NCBI RefSeq assembly: GCF_030028105.1
Contig: NC_092398.1
Span: 28,738,424 to 28,802,423 of the forward strand
DNA: 64,000 bases
DNA from: Mobula birostris
Lineage: Eukaryota
Reading direction: 5' to 3'
Part shown: one piece after another, positions 63,162-64,000 of the stretch
Numbering within the stretch: position 1 is the first letter of the stretch
Layout: the number at the start of each line of letters is the position of its first letter
Notes under the pieces: model-generated
The model's input: only the letters and a program-made list of their open reading frames with translations
Told to the model about the DNA's origin: nothing
The model's database searches: none
Position numbers and translations under genes: made by a program

Positions 63162-63829
63162 TCAATTTCTTTCTCTATGCGGGCAGCGCCGGTTACTTAG
63201 CTGTTCATTCCGAATAGTTTCTCTCAAACTTCGAGTGAATGGAGATTTCACCACCTCCCGTATCTGCTCCCGGAACTTCCTCCGTGTCAAGGCGTAAGGA
63301 GCTGTGTTTGTGCAGCAGCTCAGCAGCTGCAGCATGTAACCCAACTCCCCGATGGTCAAAGGTGGGTACGGAGCACTAAAATAAAGCAAACGCATCCACA
63401 CAGTGTGCACAACAAAAACCATCCACAATACGATGAAATTCGCCGACACGACCAACAGTAAGATGAGTGAATTCCTGCGGTTCTCCGTTTCCGGGTCCTT
63501 GGAACTATCCCCACTATTACGACTCTGGAGTCTCCTCCGGGCTCTGCTCGCCACGAACACGTGCCTGATGGTCAAAACATTGAGCAGCAGAATGACCACA
63601 AAGGGGATGACGGGAGTCAGAAGGTAGCTGCCGAACTCGACTGCGGTCCAGAACACTGAAAGCAGGGCATCATAACTTATATTGCAAAACCAAGGTACGT
63701 TAACAAGCTGATAGTTTTCTGAGAGCATAAAATACCAGAAAATGTTCTTTAAACAGCTCAGCGCAGCCACAGTCCTCAGAACCACAGCCGCCGTTCTCTC
63801 CGTGCAGTATTCAGCTTTCAGATTCTGGC
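63162..63829 (-). pseudogene. GPR139-like: GPR139-like GPCR, copy 4 (TM4-TM7 only)
   Basis: Open frame from TM4 to the C-terminus. At 63830 the sequence jumps directly into intron sequence, a ~0.66-kb deletion relative to copy 1 that removes the acceptor and TM1-TM3 including DRF. Confidence 0.8.
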
Positions 63830-64000
63830 GGTTCCGTAAGTTCAGCTAAAATTCTGAGGCTTCTTCTGCAGGTGTCTTAAATTTATACAGTCTTCCTGAA
63901 AAGATAATTGGGAAGTCGTCCATTTTATACTACACTGCGACGTTGTGAACTCAATATATGAAACTTTAAGAGATACAGACTCAATTGAAACTTTTAAACG

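Larger units (their letters stand above)
58175..64000. repeat. Segmental duplication unit D (GPCR copy 4; runs off the window)
   Basis: Start matches 25846; collinear through the GPCR. Confidence 0.85.

Noticed and set aside
1-64000. CRISPR arrays, rRNA, operons or prokaryotic defence systems
   Set aside because: Spliced vertebrate genes and vertebrate TEs throughout; no repeat-spacer arrays or rRNA motifs seen.

Overview
Repeat-rich cartilaginous-fish genomic DNA. A ray-like (batoid) origin is inferred from the CR1, Penelope, Tc1 and SINE families present; there are no prokaryotic features. Left ~26 kb: an apparently intact minus-strand MHC gene with four exons (leader 18639-18756, class II beta1-like groove domain 17409-17672, C1-set Ig 15441-15722, Gly-rich TM 13436-13537, all phase-1 GT-AG junctions). 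It has class II architecture, but its Ig domain carries the class I alpha3 signature LPNRDGTFQ. This best fits a W-category MHC beta chain (WB). A decayed second copy of the Ig exon lies at 22432-22687, and I found no alpha partner in the window. Right ~38 kb: a tandem array of ~13.5-kb duplicated units, each with a two-exon GPR139-like class A GPCR. All four copies are broken by different lesions, and their extracellular loops diverge far more than their helices. Copy 1's intron holds a full-length but decayed HERO-type RLE non-LTR retrotransposon flanked by ~250-bp direct repeats of its own 3' UTR. An orphan phospholipase C-delta PH-domain exon sits between units 1 and 2. All calls come from manual translation and by-eye alignment; no database search was run.
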